A stretch of DNA of 64,000 nucleotides. Origin: Candidatus Bathyarchaeota archaeon. GTDB lineage: Archaea; Thermoproteota; Bathyarchaeia; Bathyarchaeales; Bathycorpusculaceae. A model generated the notes under the pieces. That model saw only the letters and a program-made list of their open reading frames with translations, did no database searches and was not told the origin of the DNA. The position numbers were made by a program, and so were the translations under genes. Of this stretch, positions 49,767 to 60,310 are shown piece after piece. How positions within the stretch are numbered: the first letter of the stretch is position 1; every line of letters begins with the position of its first letter. The stretch covers positions 160,001 through 224,000 of the forward strand of contig CAWGZR010000005.1 of the NCBI GenBank assembly GCA_963827165.1, given 5' to 3'.

Positions 49767-50782
49767 CTGATCCTACCTTGTGCTGGTTGACCAAACCGCC
49801 TTTGTTCCATGGGTATTTTTTCAGTTGCGCTGTCTCGCACCTGATGACCCGTAATGTGAAGGAAAACGTCTTCAAGAGTCGGCTGCAAATTCTCCATGGA
49901 ACTTATTTTTCCACCGTTTTTCCGTATGGCGTCGATTATGTTGTCAAAAGCCTCGTTTCCATGAACCAAAACTTTTATTTCATTTGGGCTCTCTTGAGTA
50001 ACAGAATCCGCGCATTCAAGCGCCTGAACTTTTGCTAAGAGGTCCGGGGAAAGATTAGGTATATTCAGTTTTATTATGGTTGTATCCGCTCCGTTTATGA
50101 TTTTTTTCAAGTTCGGCGACGTGTCTAATGCCACAATTTTCCCGTGGTCTACAATGGCGATGCGGTCACACAACAGGTCAGCATCAACCATCATGTGGGT
50201 TGTTAACACAACTGTAGTCCCGTTTTCCCTATTCAGTTTTCTGACGAATTCTCGGATTTCAACCGATGACTGAGGATCTAATCCAAGGGTTGGCTCATCC
50301 AAAAATAACACCTGAGGTAAGTTAAGTAACGCTCTGACTACGTTCATTCTCTGCCGCATACCGGTCGAAAAAGTGCCGACTTGCGAGTTCTTCCACTGGG
50401 TCAACTGTACGAGTGCAAGCAGGTCATCTATGCGTTTGGTTAATTCCGTTTTTGGAATGTTGAAGAGGTTACCGAAAAACCATAAGTTTTCTCGAGCGGT
50501 TAGGCGGTTGTACATTATCATTTTTTCGGAGACTATGCCGATGAGCTTTCGGACTTCAGTGTCTTGTTTAGCTATGTCATAGCCGCCAATGATGGCTGTT
50601 CCTCCAGTGGGCTTGGCTAATGTCGATAGCATCCGCAGGGTTGTGCTTTTGCCCGCGCCGTTGGGTCCGAGTAAACCAAAGATTTCGCCTTTTTTGACGT
50701 TGAATGTGATTTTGTCTACGGCAGTGAATTCGCCAAACTTTTTAGTCAGTTCTTTTACTTCGATTATCGAGTCAGTTGACAT
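49763..50782 (-). CDS. ABC transporter ATP-binding protein (DrrA-like)
   Basis: GPNGAGKS, FSTGMRQR, LDEPT. Confidence 0.93.
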   Translation of the reverse strand: MSTDSIIEVKELTKKFGEFTAVDKITFNVKKGEIFGLLGPNGAGKSTTLRMLSTLAKPTGGTAIIGGYDIAKQDTEVRKLIGIVSEKMIMYNRLTARENLWFFGNLFNIPKTELTKRIDDLLALVQLTQWKNSQVGTFSTGMRQRMNVVRALLNLPQVLFLDEPTLGLDPQSSVEIREFVRKLNRENGTTVVLTTHMMVDADLLCDRIAIVDHGKIVALDTSPNLKKIINGADTTIIKLNIPNLSPDLLAKVQALECADSVTQESPNEIKVLVHGNEAFDNIIDAIRKNGGKISSMENLQPTLEDVFLHITGHQVRDSATEKIPMEQRRFGQPAQGRIR

Positions 50783-50813
50783 TTTGAAACCTCGATGTTG
50801 GATATTATTCAGT

Positions 50814-50825
50814 GCAATATATTGC
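50814..50825. promoter_or_regulatory. palindrome, candidate PadR operator
   Basis: Perfect palindrome GCAATATATTGC between the divergent ABC and padR genes. Confidence 0.5.
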
Positions 50826-50871
50826 GGTAAAATATAAGTATTACCCAAATACAATATAGATTTGAAACGCC

Positions 50872-51447
50872 ATGGCAATGGAAAAAGAAGAAAAAACTAC
50901 AGAAAACTGGATGAAAGAAGCGCAGAAAGGCTACATTCGTATGGGAGTCCTAATCCTTCTGAACAAAAAACCTTTCCACGGCTACGAAATCATGAAGGAA
51001 ATCAATAGCCGAACAAAAGGCTTTTGGCAGCCCACTGCCGGAGGTGTTTACCCGATCTTGCGTGACCTAGAGAAATCAGCGTACATCAAAGGAGAATGGC
51101 AGCTCAATAAAAACCGCAAGATAAAAGTTTACAAAATCACTGAGTCAGGAGAACTTATTTTAAGACGAGCAATCGTGAAAGAAACGGAAATCTTCAATAA
51201 CATCGGTAGCCTTTTCCGAGAATTCGCCAGGGACGTCCTCAACATGGAAACTGTAACTGTTATGCCGAACCTGCCATCTCCCCTTGCTGCTTTCTTAAAA
51301 GAGACGTCTGGCGAAGAAAACCTCAAACAACTGGAACTTGAGCGAAAACACGCTTACGAAACTTTCAAAATGATGCAGAAAAAACTCGAAATGATTGACA
51401 AGCAAATTAGAGAAATCAAGAAAAAAGCAGAAAATCCTTCGCCCTGA
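50872..51447 (+). CDS. PadR family transcriptional regulator
   Basis: HGYEIMK, GGVYPIL..LE, YKITESG. Confidence 0.92.
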   Translation: MAMEKEEKTTENWMKEAQKGYIRMGVLILLNKKPFHGYEIMKEINSRTKGFWQPTAGGVYPILRDLEKSAYIKGEWQLNKNRKIKVYKITESGELILRRAIVKETEIFNNIGSLFREFARDVLNMETVTVMPNLPSPLAAFLKETSGEENLKQLELERKHAYETFKMMQKKLEMIDKQIREIKKKAENPSP

Positions 51448-51996
51448 CACCGCAACAGCAGGAAGCAAAAATATTTTTTTGCAACCGCTTCTAATAGCCT
51501 TCCAAGAAAGTTAAATCGATTGATAGATGAATTTTACACTCACTTGCTAATTATTGACAAAAACGATAGGAAGATCCTCTGCAACCGTTAAGAGTGGGCT
51601 TGGAACGCAGTTTTTAGGAAAGTCGGGTTGCAACCAAATGGGCAGAGAATCTGTTGTTTTATGTGGCCGGATAGAAGCAGGCATTAGGTTGGCTGATTTT
51701 GTTGAGCGCTTCGCTGAGGCTTTGAGGATTTAGGCTGAAAATTTGACGGCGAAACTTGTTTTGAAAAGTTTGTTCCATAAAAAAACTTAGGCTAACGGGC
51801 AATTGGAGATGACATTAATCAATTCATCAACCTCGCGAAAAGCTACTAACCCCAAACCTTCCGATGAGTTTTCGAAGTTTTTGGGCACACATCGGGGTTT
51901 CGGCGCAGAAAGATATCTTGCCGTTCAAACGGCGCTGCAGTTGGTGTAAACAATTAAATGGGTGACTAAGGTATTTGCTCTTTAGAAGTGATCTGA

Positions 51997-52320
51997 ATGT
52001 TCCGCGTTAGAGTTAACAAAATCGAGTCGAACCGTGACTTAGACGGTAACCTTGGAAAACGGATTGAACTGCTTGAAGAGCGGGAACTCAACCCATACGT
52101 GCTGCGACCGCAATCGGACGAGGCTAAAATGGCGCAGGATATCATGCAAGCACTACAGCAGCAAATGCCTTTCCTTCCGCAGAAAACCCAGCTTGCCACC
52201 CCAAAAATCGTACTGTTCCTAACTGAGCAAGAATGTGATAGCTTAGGAATAAACTTCGACGTAAATCAAGTCTACGAAGTCGCACTACAAAACCAAGGTA
52301 TCTGTTTTAGGAAAGTTTAA
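51997..52320 (+). CDS. conserved protein, arcadin-1-like
   Basis: Recalled resemblance only (RV..I....D..G..GKRIE; IVLFLTE.E...LG...DV). Confidence 0.5.
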   Translation: MFRVRVNKIESNRDLDGNLGKRIELLEERELNPYVLRPQSDEAKMAQDIMQALQQQMPFLPQKTQLATPKIVLFLTEQECDSLGINFDVNQVYEVALQNQGICFRKV

Positions 52321-52645
52321 GAATTTCTTTTCTCATCTGCCGCAGCGCAGCATGCTTAGGGTGGAAAGACAAAACAAACATCATGCTTCTTAATTTTGAG
52401 CTTATTTCGTCTAAACCAGACATTTTCCCTTCATCACAATAAAGCGGAATAGGCACGTCGTCGCCGTCGTCTTCATAGTAAACGTAGATCGGTGTTGCAG
52501 ACCCGTGGAGCTTGACCATTTCGAAGTTTAGGTTTAAGCGTTTGGCCGTTTGCTGTGTGGCATCTCTAACCGATTCCAACCGTTTCCGTTGGGGAGAAGC
52601 GCTTGAAGCGTAAATCATCAACTTCCCGTTACTTTCTTTGAACAT
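52307..52645 (-). CDS. hypothetical protein
   Basis: PIYVYY, PIPLYCD, MFVLSFHPKH; SD GGTGA. Confidence 0.7.
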   Translation of the reverse strand: MFKESNGKLMIYASSASPQRKRLESVRDATQQTAKRLNLNFEMVKLHGSATPIYVYYEDDGDDVPIPLYCDEGKMSGLDEISSKLRSMMFVLSFHPKHAALRQMRKEILKLS

Positions 52646-52827
52646 GACACAGTCACCATCAGCCATTCTGCCTGGAACTCTTTTAAGGTAAGCACTGAAG
52701 CGACTGTTTACGGAGGTGGAGGGGTGGCTGAAAGTGAACACAATTTAGGGGTTGTGACTGTAGGAATGCAACAACATCTGCTTAAATTTAAAGGAAAATT
52801 CTTTCTCTTAGTGTGAGGTGAAAAAAA

Positions 52828-53253
52828 ATGGCGATTGGCGAAAAACTATGGGAAGGCAAAGCCAAAAGTGGCGCAGGCTTCATTAAGTCCGTTGGAATGG
52901 ACGGTGTTACTTCAATCTTTACTTTTACGGCTAAAATGATGGGCATGGGCAAAGCGAAAGGCGTAGACTGCAACCTAAATGTGACAGGCAAGAGCATGAT
53001 GCCTCCTAAGGGCATCGGATGGTCGAAAGACCAGGGAATGCTCATGACAATGACGGGCGATATGGGCATAGTGAAAGGAGTTAGCATGATGAAGATGGAG
53101 ATGGGCAAGAACCCGACAGCTGTAGGTCTTTGGACTTTCATGACGATGTCCGAAAAACTAGGTTGGCTTAACGAAACCATTACTCTTGTCACTTTTGAAG
53201 CTACGGACCCAATGTGGACAGAAATCAACATTGCAATCTGGGAATGGAAATAG
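52828..53253 (+). CDS. Met-rich beta-type hypothetical protein
   Basis: SD GAGGTG; 18/141 Met; ends in WEWK. Confidence 0.75.
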   Translation: MAIGEKLWEGKAKSGAGFIKSVGMDGVTSIFTFTAKMMGMGKAKGVDCNLNVTGKSMMPPKGIGWSKDQGMLMTMTGDMGIVKGVSMMKMEMGKNPTAVGLWTFMTMSEKLGWLNETITLVTFEATDPMWTEINIAIWEWK

Positions 53254-53262
53254 ACGTAGGAG

Positions 53263-53727
53263 TTGATTTTGACGCAGCAAGAACATTGGCAGATGCCGGA
53301 TTGGTGGTGCAGAGAACAACGCCCAGAAAACGACAACGCATATTTTGAGAACATGAGTCGAGTGATTTTTCAGGAAGGCTTAAACTGGCATGTCATCGAC
53401 AACAAATGGTCAACCACCCGAAAAGCTTTTGCAAATTTTGACATAAACAAGGTCTCATGCTTCACAGCATCAGACGTTGAAAGTCTACTCAAGGACGAAG
53501 GCATCGTGCGAAACCGATCCAAAGTCGAAGCAATCATATACAACGCACAAGGATTCAAAGCCATAAAAGAACACTACAAATCTTTCCAAGCCTACCTGGA
53601 CAGTTTAGACAAATCCAACAATTACGATGCAGCCGTCAAAGACTTAACAAGTAAATTCAAGCACATAGGTCCAGCATCGGCAAGCCTTTTCTTATATACA
53701 GTCGGCGAAAAAATCAAAGCGTGGTAA
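53263..53727 (+). CDS. DNA-3-methyladenine glycosylase I family protein
   Basis: FQ.GLNW..I, AF..FD, GIVRNRSK, FKHIGP. Confidence 0.85.
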   Translation: MILTQQEHWQMPDWWCREQRPENDNAYFENMSRVIFQEGLNWHVIDNKWSTTRKAFANFDINKVSCFTASDVESLLKDEGIVRNRSKVEAIIYNAQGFKAIKEHYKSFQAYLDSLDKSNNYDAAVKDLTSKFKHIGPASASLFLYTVGEKIKAW

Positions 53728-53799
53728 AAAACAACTTTTTCTTTTTTTCCTTGGTTAGTTTTTTAATTAGGGTGAACTGGTGTATTTTGAGAAAGATTC

Positions 53800-54087
53800 A
53801 TGACTAAAGTTCGGGCGCACATCTTTGTTAGCGGTTTGGTTCAAGGGGTTTTCTTTAGGCAGAAAACAAAGCAGATGGCTGAGAACCGCGGGGTAGGGGG
53901 TTGGGTGCGCAACTTGGATGATGGCCGTGTGGAAGCAGTTTTTGAAGGCGAAGAAACTGATGTCCATGCTTTGATGGATTTCTGCAGGAGGGGACCAAGT
54001 GGGGCTAAGGTTTCCGACGTTGAAGTTGCATTCGAGAAGTTTTTGGGTGAATACAAAAATTTTAAAGTTACTTTTTTTAATCCTTGA
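53800..54087 (+). CDS. acyP: acylphosphatase
   Basis: VQGVFFR, GWVRN..DG.VE. Confidence 0.93.
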   Translation: MTKVRAHIFVSGLVQGVFFRQKTKQMAENRGVGGWVRNLDDGRVEAVFEGEETDVHALMDFCRRGPSGAKVSDVEVAFEKFLGEYKNFKVTFFNP

Positions 54088-54118
54088 AAAACGAGGGGAT
54101 TAACTAGATTGAGTTAAC

Positions 54119-54532
54119 TCATGTTTTTTTCTTGGGAACTCTAAAATGCGACTCTTTTCCAGCGCTGATGTATTCTCCGCCCATACCTCGAACTGCGGAG
54201 GCAATTTTTGCAAATTTCTCAGAACCAAGGAAACCCATTAGTTTAATTATTATGTAGTCGCCTTTTTCTTCAAAACCTAGTAGGCTTTCTAGTTCTTCGG
54301 GAAAAGACATGCGAATATCATCCAGTGTTCGCAGCTTTTGTCCAGTAGCTGGCGTGGCGGGGGCTTGAACCGTTTGGATAGTCGGTTGCACCGGTGGGTT
54401 GATTTGTCCAGTTGCGAGAGACTTCAGCGACGCGGAAACGGATTTCAACTCTTCAGAAACCTTGGCCAACTTAATGGTAAGCTCTTCCACTTTGCCTGCC
54501 AACTCATTTAGCTTTTCCTTGTCAGTGCTCAA
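54119..54532 (-). CDS. hypothetical protein (coiled coil + C-terminal domain)
   Basis: Heptad N-terminus, P/T linker, GGEYISAGKESHF. Confidence 0.7.
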   Translation of the reverse strand: MSTDKEKLNELAGKVEELTIKLAKVSEELKSVSASLKSLATGQINPPVQPTIQTVQAPATPATGQKLRTLDDIRMSFPEELESLLGFEEKGDYIIIKLMGFLGSEKFAKIASAVRGMGGEYISAGKESHFRVPKKKT

Positions 54533-54626
54533 CCTTAAGGCTCCCCTTTAAACTCCTAAATAATCCCAAGAAGCTTATTAATTGTTTGCAACCTCAAATC
54601 AAACTAAATCCTGGAAAGAAACGGGC

Positions 54627-55664
54627 ATGATTGAAATTGATGGGAGCCAAAAAAGCGGCAGCGGAACGATACTTCGCCTCTCGGTAGCATTATCAGCTAT
54701 TACAAACCGGCCGCTTCATATTTTCAACATTAGGCAAAGCCGCCCGCAACCTGGCTTAAAACCTCAGCATCTCGAAGCCGTGCTAACAGCGGCCAAACTA
54801 TGTAGCGCTAAAGTGCAGGGGGCTTCTTTGGGTTCCAGGGAACTCTGTTTCACACCTCAGCAAATAATAGGCGGCAACATCGAAGCGGAAATAGCGACGG
54901 CTGGAAGCATTCCTATGCTGCTTTTGGCGGTGATGCCGATCTGCTTATTCGCTGACAACCCCGTGCACCTTCACGTTGCCAAAGGAGGAACCGACACCAC
55001 TCATGCGCCAACCATCAACTACATGCGAAACGTGCTTTTGCCAACACTGGAGCAAATGGGAGCCGAAGTCGACTTAACTGTTCAGAAATACGGCTACTAC
55101 CCGAAGGGTATGGGTGAAGTCGCGGTAACCGTTAAACCCAATAAAAACCTAAAACCAGTATTCTTTGAAGACTTTGGCAACCTAAAAAGTGTGGGCGGCG
55201 TTTCCGTCTGCACCTTTCTGACTGACCGGCAGGTTGCTCAAAGACAATCAAAAGCAGCGGAATATTACCTCTCTCAAAACGGTTATGCTGCTGAAATTCA
55301 AGTGATAAATGACGAGTCGAATCGCTTCCAAAAGGGAAGCTCTATTGTTCTGTGGGGTAAAACCGACACAGGACTAATAGTAGGAGCTGACGCAATAGGG
55401 CAATTGCGCAAAATGGCAGAAGATGTGGGAAGAGAAGCCGCTGAAAAACTCGTCGCAGAATTATCGGCTCGACCGACCGCAGATGTTTTCTTGGCTGATA
55501 TGCTCATTCCCTACATGGCGTTAGCGCAGGGTAAATCAATTCTGTTAGTACGAACAATTTCAGAGCATATTGATTCGAACATTTGGCTTATGGAAAAAAT
55601 CTTGAACGTTAAATTCATCATTCAAAAGGTGAACAGTATCTACAGAATAGAAAAAAGCAGTTGA
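54627..55664 (+). CDS. rtcA: RNA 3'-terminal phosphate cyclase
   Basis: IEIDGS, PGLKPQH, GGTD, GYYPKG.G, H..SN. Confidence 0.92.
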   Translation: MIEIDGSQKSGSGTILRLSVALSAITNRPLHIFNIRQSRPQPGLKPQHLEAVLTAAKLCSAKVQGASLGSRELCFTPQQIIGGNIEAEIATAGSIPMLLLAVMPICLFADNPVHLHVAKGGTDTTHAPTINYMRNVLLPTLEQMGAEVDLTVQKYGYYPKGMGEVAVTVKPNKNLKPVFFEDFGNLKSVGGVSVCTFLTDRQVAQRQSKAAEYYLSQNGYAAEIQVINDESNRFQKGSSIVLWGKTDTGLIVGADAIGQLRKMAEDVGREAAEKLVAELSARPTADVFLADMLIPYMALAQGKSILLVRTISEHIDSNIWLMEKILNVKFIIQKVNSIYRIEKSS

Positions 55665-55668
55665 TTCC

Positions 55669-56739
55669 ATGTCTAAAGAAGCATTTTGCGTTAAGGTTTC
55701 AAAGAAAGAAGGCGAAAAAATCATAGCGTTAGCTATCAAGCTTGGGCTTTTAGACAAGTCATTGGAGATACAACGGGAAGAAACCAACCTATGCATCCCT
55801 TTTAACAAACAGCCAAATGACGATGAACTGGAGACGCTGAAAGCTGAAGTGCCCGATTATCATTTGGAAACCCGAGTTTTTACCCAAAAACAAGCAACGG
55901 CAGGAACGCTCATGCAAACTCTTGAAGGAAAGCTGCCACCACATTTACTGAGTAGCCTCCCTCAAGCATTAGATATAATCGGCGACATAGCAATTCTTGA
56001 AATTCCGACTGAACTTGAAGAGTTCGAAAGGCCAATCGGCGAGGCAATCTTGGAGACGCATAAAAACATCAAAACAGTGCTTGCAAAGGCAGGAGCAATA
56101 AGTGGCACGTTTCGGCTGCGTGAATTCAATTTTGTCGCTGGAGAACGCAAAACCCAAACGGTTCACAAGGAATTCGGGTGTCAATTCCATGTCGATGTGG
56201 CTAAAGCGTATTTTTCGCCACGGCTCTCCCACGAGCATATGCGCGTAGCTTCGCTGGTGCAAGAGGGAGAAACAGTTACAGATTTGTTTGCTGGAGTAGG
56301 ACCCTTCTCCGTACTAATCGGCAAAAAGAACCCGAAAGTGAAGGTCTACGCTGTTGATCTTAACCCAGAAGCCGTTGAGCTGCTCAAGGTAAATGTTAGG
56401 GTTAACAGGGTTGAAAACAGAGTTTTTCCCATTCTCGGAGACGCAAGGGAAATCGCGACAGAAAAACTTGAAGCCTTAGCTGACAGGGTCATAATGAATC
56501 TGCCTGAAACCGCCATTGACTTCGTCGACGCGGCATGCCGAGCAATCAAGCCTGAGGGCGGAATAATACATTTTTACGGATTTGTCCGTTCGCCTGACAC
56601 GGCCGAAAACCAAAAACTTCGATTTGGCGCAGCCGTCGAGAGGGCTGGCAGGAGGGTTGATTCGGTTCTTTGTGTCAGAAGCGTTCGCGAGACCGCGCCG
56701 TATGAGTCGCAGATTGTTTTAGACGCCAAAATCGTCTAG
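55669..56739 (+). CDS. trm5: Trm5/Met-10+ family tRNA methyltransferase
   Basis: DIIGDIA, YFSPRL, DLFAGVGPF, MNLP. Confidence 0.88.
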   Translation: MSKEAFCVKVSKKEGEKIIALAIKLGLLDKSLEIQREETNLCIPFNKQPNDDELETLKAEVPDYHLETRVFTQKQATAGTLMQTLEGKLPPHLLSSLPQALDIIGDIAILEIPTELEEFERPIGEAILETHKNIKTVLAKAGAISGTFRLREFNFVAGERKTQTVHKEFGCQFHVDVAKAYFSPRLSHEHMRVASLVQEGETVTDLFAGVGPFSVLIGKKNPKVKVYAVDLNPEAVELLKVNVRVNRVENRVFPILGDAREIATEKLEALADRVIMNLPETAIDFVDAACRAIKPEGGIIHFYGFVRSPDTAENQKLRFGAAVERAGRRVDSVLCVRSVRETAPYESQIVLDAKIV

Positions 56740-57170
56740 ACTTTTACGATCATCGTTATTTTTATTTTCTGTTTGGGATCTTTGAGTTTTTCAACAAATT
56801 CTCTCGACAGATTGCTTGACGATTTGTCTGCATAGATTGCTGTAGTTCGGTCTGAGATATAGTCGCTTTTTCTAATTACAATGTCGGTCGGGTGGGTTAG
56901 AAGCAGTTTTGGGGAGCCATATGCGTTTATCTGCACTATTGAGCCTTCAGCTTCAATCAAAATCGTGAGCTTTGCGCCTGGCTTTTTCAGTTTTTCCTTG
57001 AATCCGTCACTTAAATCTGGTCCAGCTTTGTCAGCTCCAACGGCGACAATGCAGTCACCCGTTTTAGAAAGATGCTTCTCTTTTGTAAACATTAACGTTG
57101 ACGGATGAATGGCTTGAATGTTGGTGTGCCCAAAAGCCAAAACAATTTCTTCCGCTGGGTTAGAATTCAA
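56736..57170 (-). CDS. DUF371 family protein
   Basis: GH.NI.A.H.ST, GDCIV, IRKSDY...RT. Confidence 0.8.
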   Translation of the reverse strand: MNSNPAEEIVLAFGHTNIQAIHPSTLMFTKEKHLSKTGDCIVAVGADKAGPDLSDGFKEKLKKPGAKLTILIEAEGSIVQINAYGSPKLLLTHPTDIVIRKSDYISDRTTAIYADKSSSNLSREFVEKLKDPKQKIKITMIVKV

Positions 57171-58133
57171 TTATTCATTAACCTCTATTGAATCGACTTT
57201 GCCATCTCCGTCCAGATCAAACCCCTGAATCACAACCGCGAACGGATCCTGCCCCTTGTATTTCTGCAGGGTTTTCTTCCAGAAATTAGTCAAGGCCAAA
57301 ACGCAGGCTTTCGTTCCGACGGCTTTGTTGCCTGCTAAAATGACGACGCGTTTTGTTTTATCCCAGGGGTTAACGATTTTGGCGATTAAGCCCGAAACAT
57401 CCGAAGTGTAGACCTGCAAGGTTTTTTCTGAACGTAACCCGCCAAGAAGGAAGCCTTGTTCGGATGATTGCATTATGAATTTAATAGGTAAGTACTCGTT
57501 AATTTCTTGTGTGAGCAGGTTTGTGCCTGGTCCACCGACAAGGATCAAGTTGTTTTTTTCTTCTTTCTCCACTTTAACATCAACGTCCAGTTTAACCGCG
57601 AATTCACTAGGCATTTTTGCGAATTGCCCCAGAAAAAGAGCTAAGTGCGCCGCGTAATGTCCGTCTCGTGCGCTAGTTTTGAATGGCCCGTGAGGTAGTG
57701 GGCTACCTACAACTATTTTACCGTCGAAGACACCGTTGCATATGAATTCTTTGAAGAAATCTTGAAGCGGCTTATCCAAACTTAAAGTGCACATGTTCTG
57801 AAGGGGTTTATAGCCGTTGGGAAGCTCAATCCCGAAGGCGGATGAAACGGTTTTATAGTATTTCGCTGTCGCACCCTTCTTTTTTTCTTCCCGCTCAACA
57901 GTTATAGCACCTGCTTTTGCAAGCTTTCTTATGTGGTAATAGATTTTTTGTTCGTGCATGCCTAGCTGCTTCGCGATTTCTAAGGGGTACATTTCTTTTT
58001 TTGAAAGCATTGTTAGGATTTTCCAGCTGAGGTCGCCGAGGATCATTTTAAGTTTTTGTGAATCATTTATCATGATGATTTCTTTTATTTGCTGAGTGTC
58101 ACCGTTGTCTTCGAGCAAAAGTTTCTTACCCAT
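57171..58133 (-). CDS. ArsR-type HTH regulator with C-terminal domain (S-layer C-terminal-like)
   Basis: YP.EIAK.LG...QKIYYHI; NLILVGGP..N. Confidence 0.8.
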   Translation of the reverse strand: MGKKLLLEDNGDTQQIKEIIMINDSQKLKMILGDLSWKILTMLSKKEMYPLEIAKQLGMHEQKIYYHIRKLAKAGAITVEREEKKKGATAKYYKTVSSAFGIELPNGYKPLQNMCTLSLDKPLQDFFKEFICNGVFDGKIVVGSPLPHGPFKTSARDGHYAAHLALFLGQFAKMPSEFAVKLDVDVKVEKEEKNNLILVGGPGTNLLTQEINEYLPIKFIMQSSEQGFLLGGLRSEKTLQVYTSDVSGLIAKIVNPWDKTKRVVILAGNKAVGTKACVLALTNFWKKTLQKYKGQDPFAVVIQGFDLDGDGKVDSIEVNE

Positions 58134-58162
58134 AATTTAATCCTGATGAGTAAGATAATAGT

Positions 58163-58185
58163 ACTATAAAAAATTTATTTATAGT
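58163..58185. promoter_or_regulatory. inverted repeat, candidate operator
   Basis: ACTATAAA-N7-TTTATAGT between the divergent HTH gene and glmS. Confidence 0.45.
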
Positions 58186-58348
58186 GGTGAAAAAAAACAG
58201 ACCTTACTTGAGCCTTCGGTTGCACGCTTGCATGGAAAAACAGCACAAACCGCTACAACTTTTGTTTTAGCAGTCAAACTGAAATCTTAAAAAGGCTTAT
58301 TACGGAAACTTCGGCACTTAAAGTCATACATTCATCGAGGCTTATGAT

Positions 58349-60178
58349 ATGTGCGGAATATTTGGATGCGTTTTAAACGAGGGAAACGCCGCTCCCCTAA
58401 TACATAGCTCACTTAAACGGCTTGAATATCGAGGCTATGACTCAGTTGGCATAGCGACAATTTCTGACGGCAAGATTTACCTTAAAAAAGATCAAGGAAA
58501 AATCGATGAGGTTCATAAAATCTTGAACCTTGATGATTTGCCAGGCGCAATCGGGATCGGTCACACTCGTTGGGCAACCCATGGTGCACCCTTAAAAGTT
58601 AACTCTCACCCTCACTCCGACTGCACTGGCGAAATAATGGTTGTGCACAACGGAATCATCGAGAACTTCATGGAACTAAGGGCGGAACTGCAGAATCTTG
58701 ACCACACATTTGTTTCCAAAACAGACACAGAAGTAATCCCACATCTAATCGAGCAAACCATCAAAAAGAATCCACATCTCTCCTTTGTCGACGCCGTCCA
58801 AGAAAGCCTCAAGCGCCTAGAAGGATCATACGCTCTAGCCGTAATCTCCACAAAAGAACCCGACAAAATAGTCTGCGCCAGAAATGAAAGCCCCTTAGTT
58901 TTAGGTATCAACGGAAAAGGTGTTTTCTGCGCTTCTGATATCCCAGCTTTTCTACCCGTGACAAACAAGGCAGTCATGATAAACAACGGCGAAATGGTTA
59001 TTCTGTCTGCCCACGGCTACGAAATCAAGAAGATCCAGGATTCCAGTCCTATCGTTCGGGAACCAATAACTATCGAGTGGTCGGCTGAAATGGCTATCAA
59101 ACAAGGCTACCCGCATTTCATGATAAAAGAGATTCATGAGCAACCTGAAACGTTGCGCAACACCCTACGACTGCAGGAGCATTATTTGGATTTGTTGACC
59201 ACTTTCCTAGATCGCGCTAACGAAGTTTTCTTGGTCGCGTGTGGAACAAGCTACCACGCTTGCCTGGCGGCTTCCTATATGTTTTCTAAGCTTGCGTTTT
59301 TGCCTACTTACCCTGTTTACGCTTCAGAATTCGTAGAACAACATGGCAAGTCAGTTAGCATCGACAGCACTATCTTAGCGGTTAGCCAGTCAGGCGAAAC
59401 AGCTGACACCATAGCAGCCGTCACTTGTGCCCAACAACGTGCAGCCACCATTCTAAGCCTAACAAACGTCATCGGCTCTTCTCTTACACGTGTTTCCCGC
59501 GTTTACATCGGCACACAGGCTGGTCCAGAAATCGGGGTGGCAGCTACGAAGACTTTTACGTCTCAGCTTTCTGTGTTGGCTCAGCTTGCACTTAGGTTAG
59601 CGAAGAAGAGAGGCAAAGTTTCCCAGGATGAAATCGACAATTTGGAAGAGAACTTGGCAAAGTTACCCGACATCGCAGAAACAATAGTCAGGACTCAAGA
59701 AGAAAAAGTTAAGCAGATCGCCCAAAAATACAAGGATAACAAAGTCTTCTTTTTCCTTGGCAGAGGAATCAGCACCGCAACCGCTTTCGAAGGCAGGCTC
59801 AAACTCATGGAAATAGCCTATATCCCGTCGATAGCGTTCCCAGCTGGCGAAAGCAAACACGGCCCAATCAGCCTTGTCGAAAACGGGTTTCCAGTGGTTT
59901 TCGTCTGCCCCAGAGATGACTGCCACAAGACGCTTATCGGCAACATCATGGAGATGAAAGCCCGAGGCGCCCAAATAATCGCAATCGCAGAGGAAGGAGA
60001 CGAAGACATCAAATCGTTAGCCGACGACTACATCGAAGTCCCCAATGGCATTCCAGGAGTACTCTCGCCCATACCCTTCGCCCTACCCCTACAACTCCTA
60101 GCGTATTACACTGCACTGGCGAAAGGATTAAACCCCGACATGCCAAGAAATCTTGCGAAATGCGTTACTGTAAAGTGA
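58349..60178 (+). CDS. glmS: glutamine--fructose-6-phosphate aminotransferase
   Basis: MCGIFG, HTRWATHG, SQSGETAD, PRNLAK.VT. Confidence 0.97.
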   Translation: MCGIFGCVLNEGNAAPLIHSSLKRLEYRGYDSVGIATISDGKIYLKKDQGKIDEVHKILNLDDLPGAIGIGHTRWATHGAPLKVNSHPHSDCTGEIMVVHNGIIENFMELRAELQNLDHTFVSKTDTEVIPHLIEQTIKKNPHLSFVDAVQESLKRLEGSYALAVISTKEPDKIVCARNESPLVLGINGKGVFCASDIPAFLPVTNKAVMINNGEMVILSAHGYEIKKIQDSSPIVREPITIEWSAEMAIKQGYPHFMIKEIHEQPETLRNTLRLQEHYLDLLTTFLDRANEVFLVACGTSYHACLAASYMFSKLAFLPTYPVYASEFVEQHGKSVSIDSTILAVSQSGETADTIAAVTCAQQRAATILSLTNVIGSSLTRVSRVYIGTQAGPEIGVAATKTFTSQLSVLAQLALRLAKKRGKVSQDEIDNLEENLAKLPDIAETIVRTQEEKVKQIAQKYKDNKVFFFLGRGISTATAFEGRLKLMEIAYIPSIAFPAGESKHGPISLVENGFPVVFVCPRDDCHKTLIGNIMEMKARGAQIIAIAEEGDEDIKSLADDYIEVPNGIPGVLSPIPFALPLQLLAYYTALAKGLNPDMPRNLAKCVTVK

Positions 60179-60310
60179 AAATACTCTAAGTGTTGGTATT
60201 TATCACTTATACAGCCTAGTTTTCTTTTTTATATCTTCTAATGAACTCAGCGGTACCAAGATGGCCAGCTTTGAAAATCAATCTTTGATCTAGAGGCATA
60301 TTTTCTTCCA

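Noticed and set aside
58200-58348. glmS ribozyme
   Set aside because: No recognisable conserved core; that element is bacterial.
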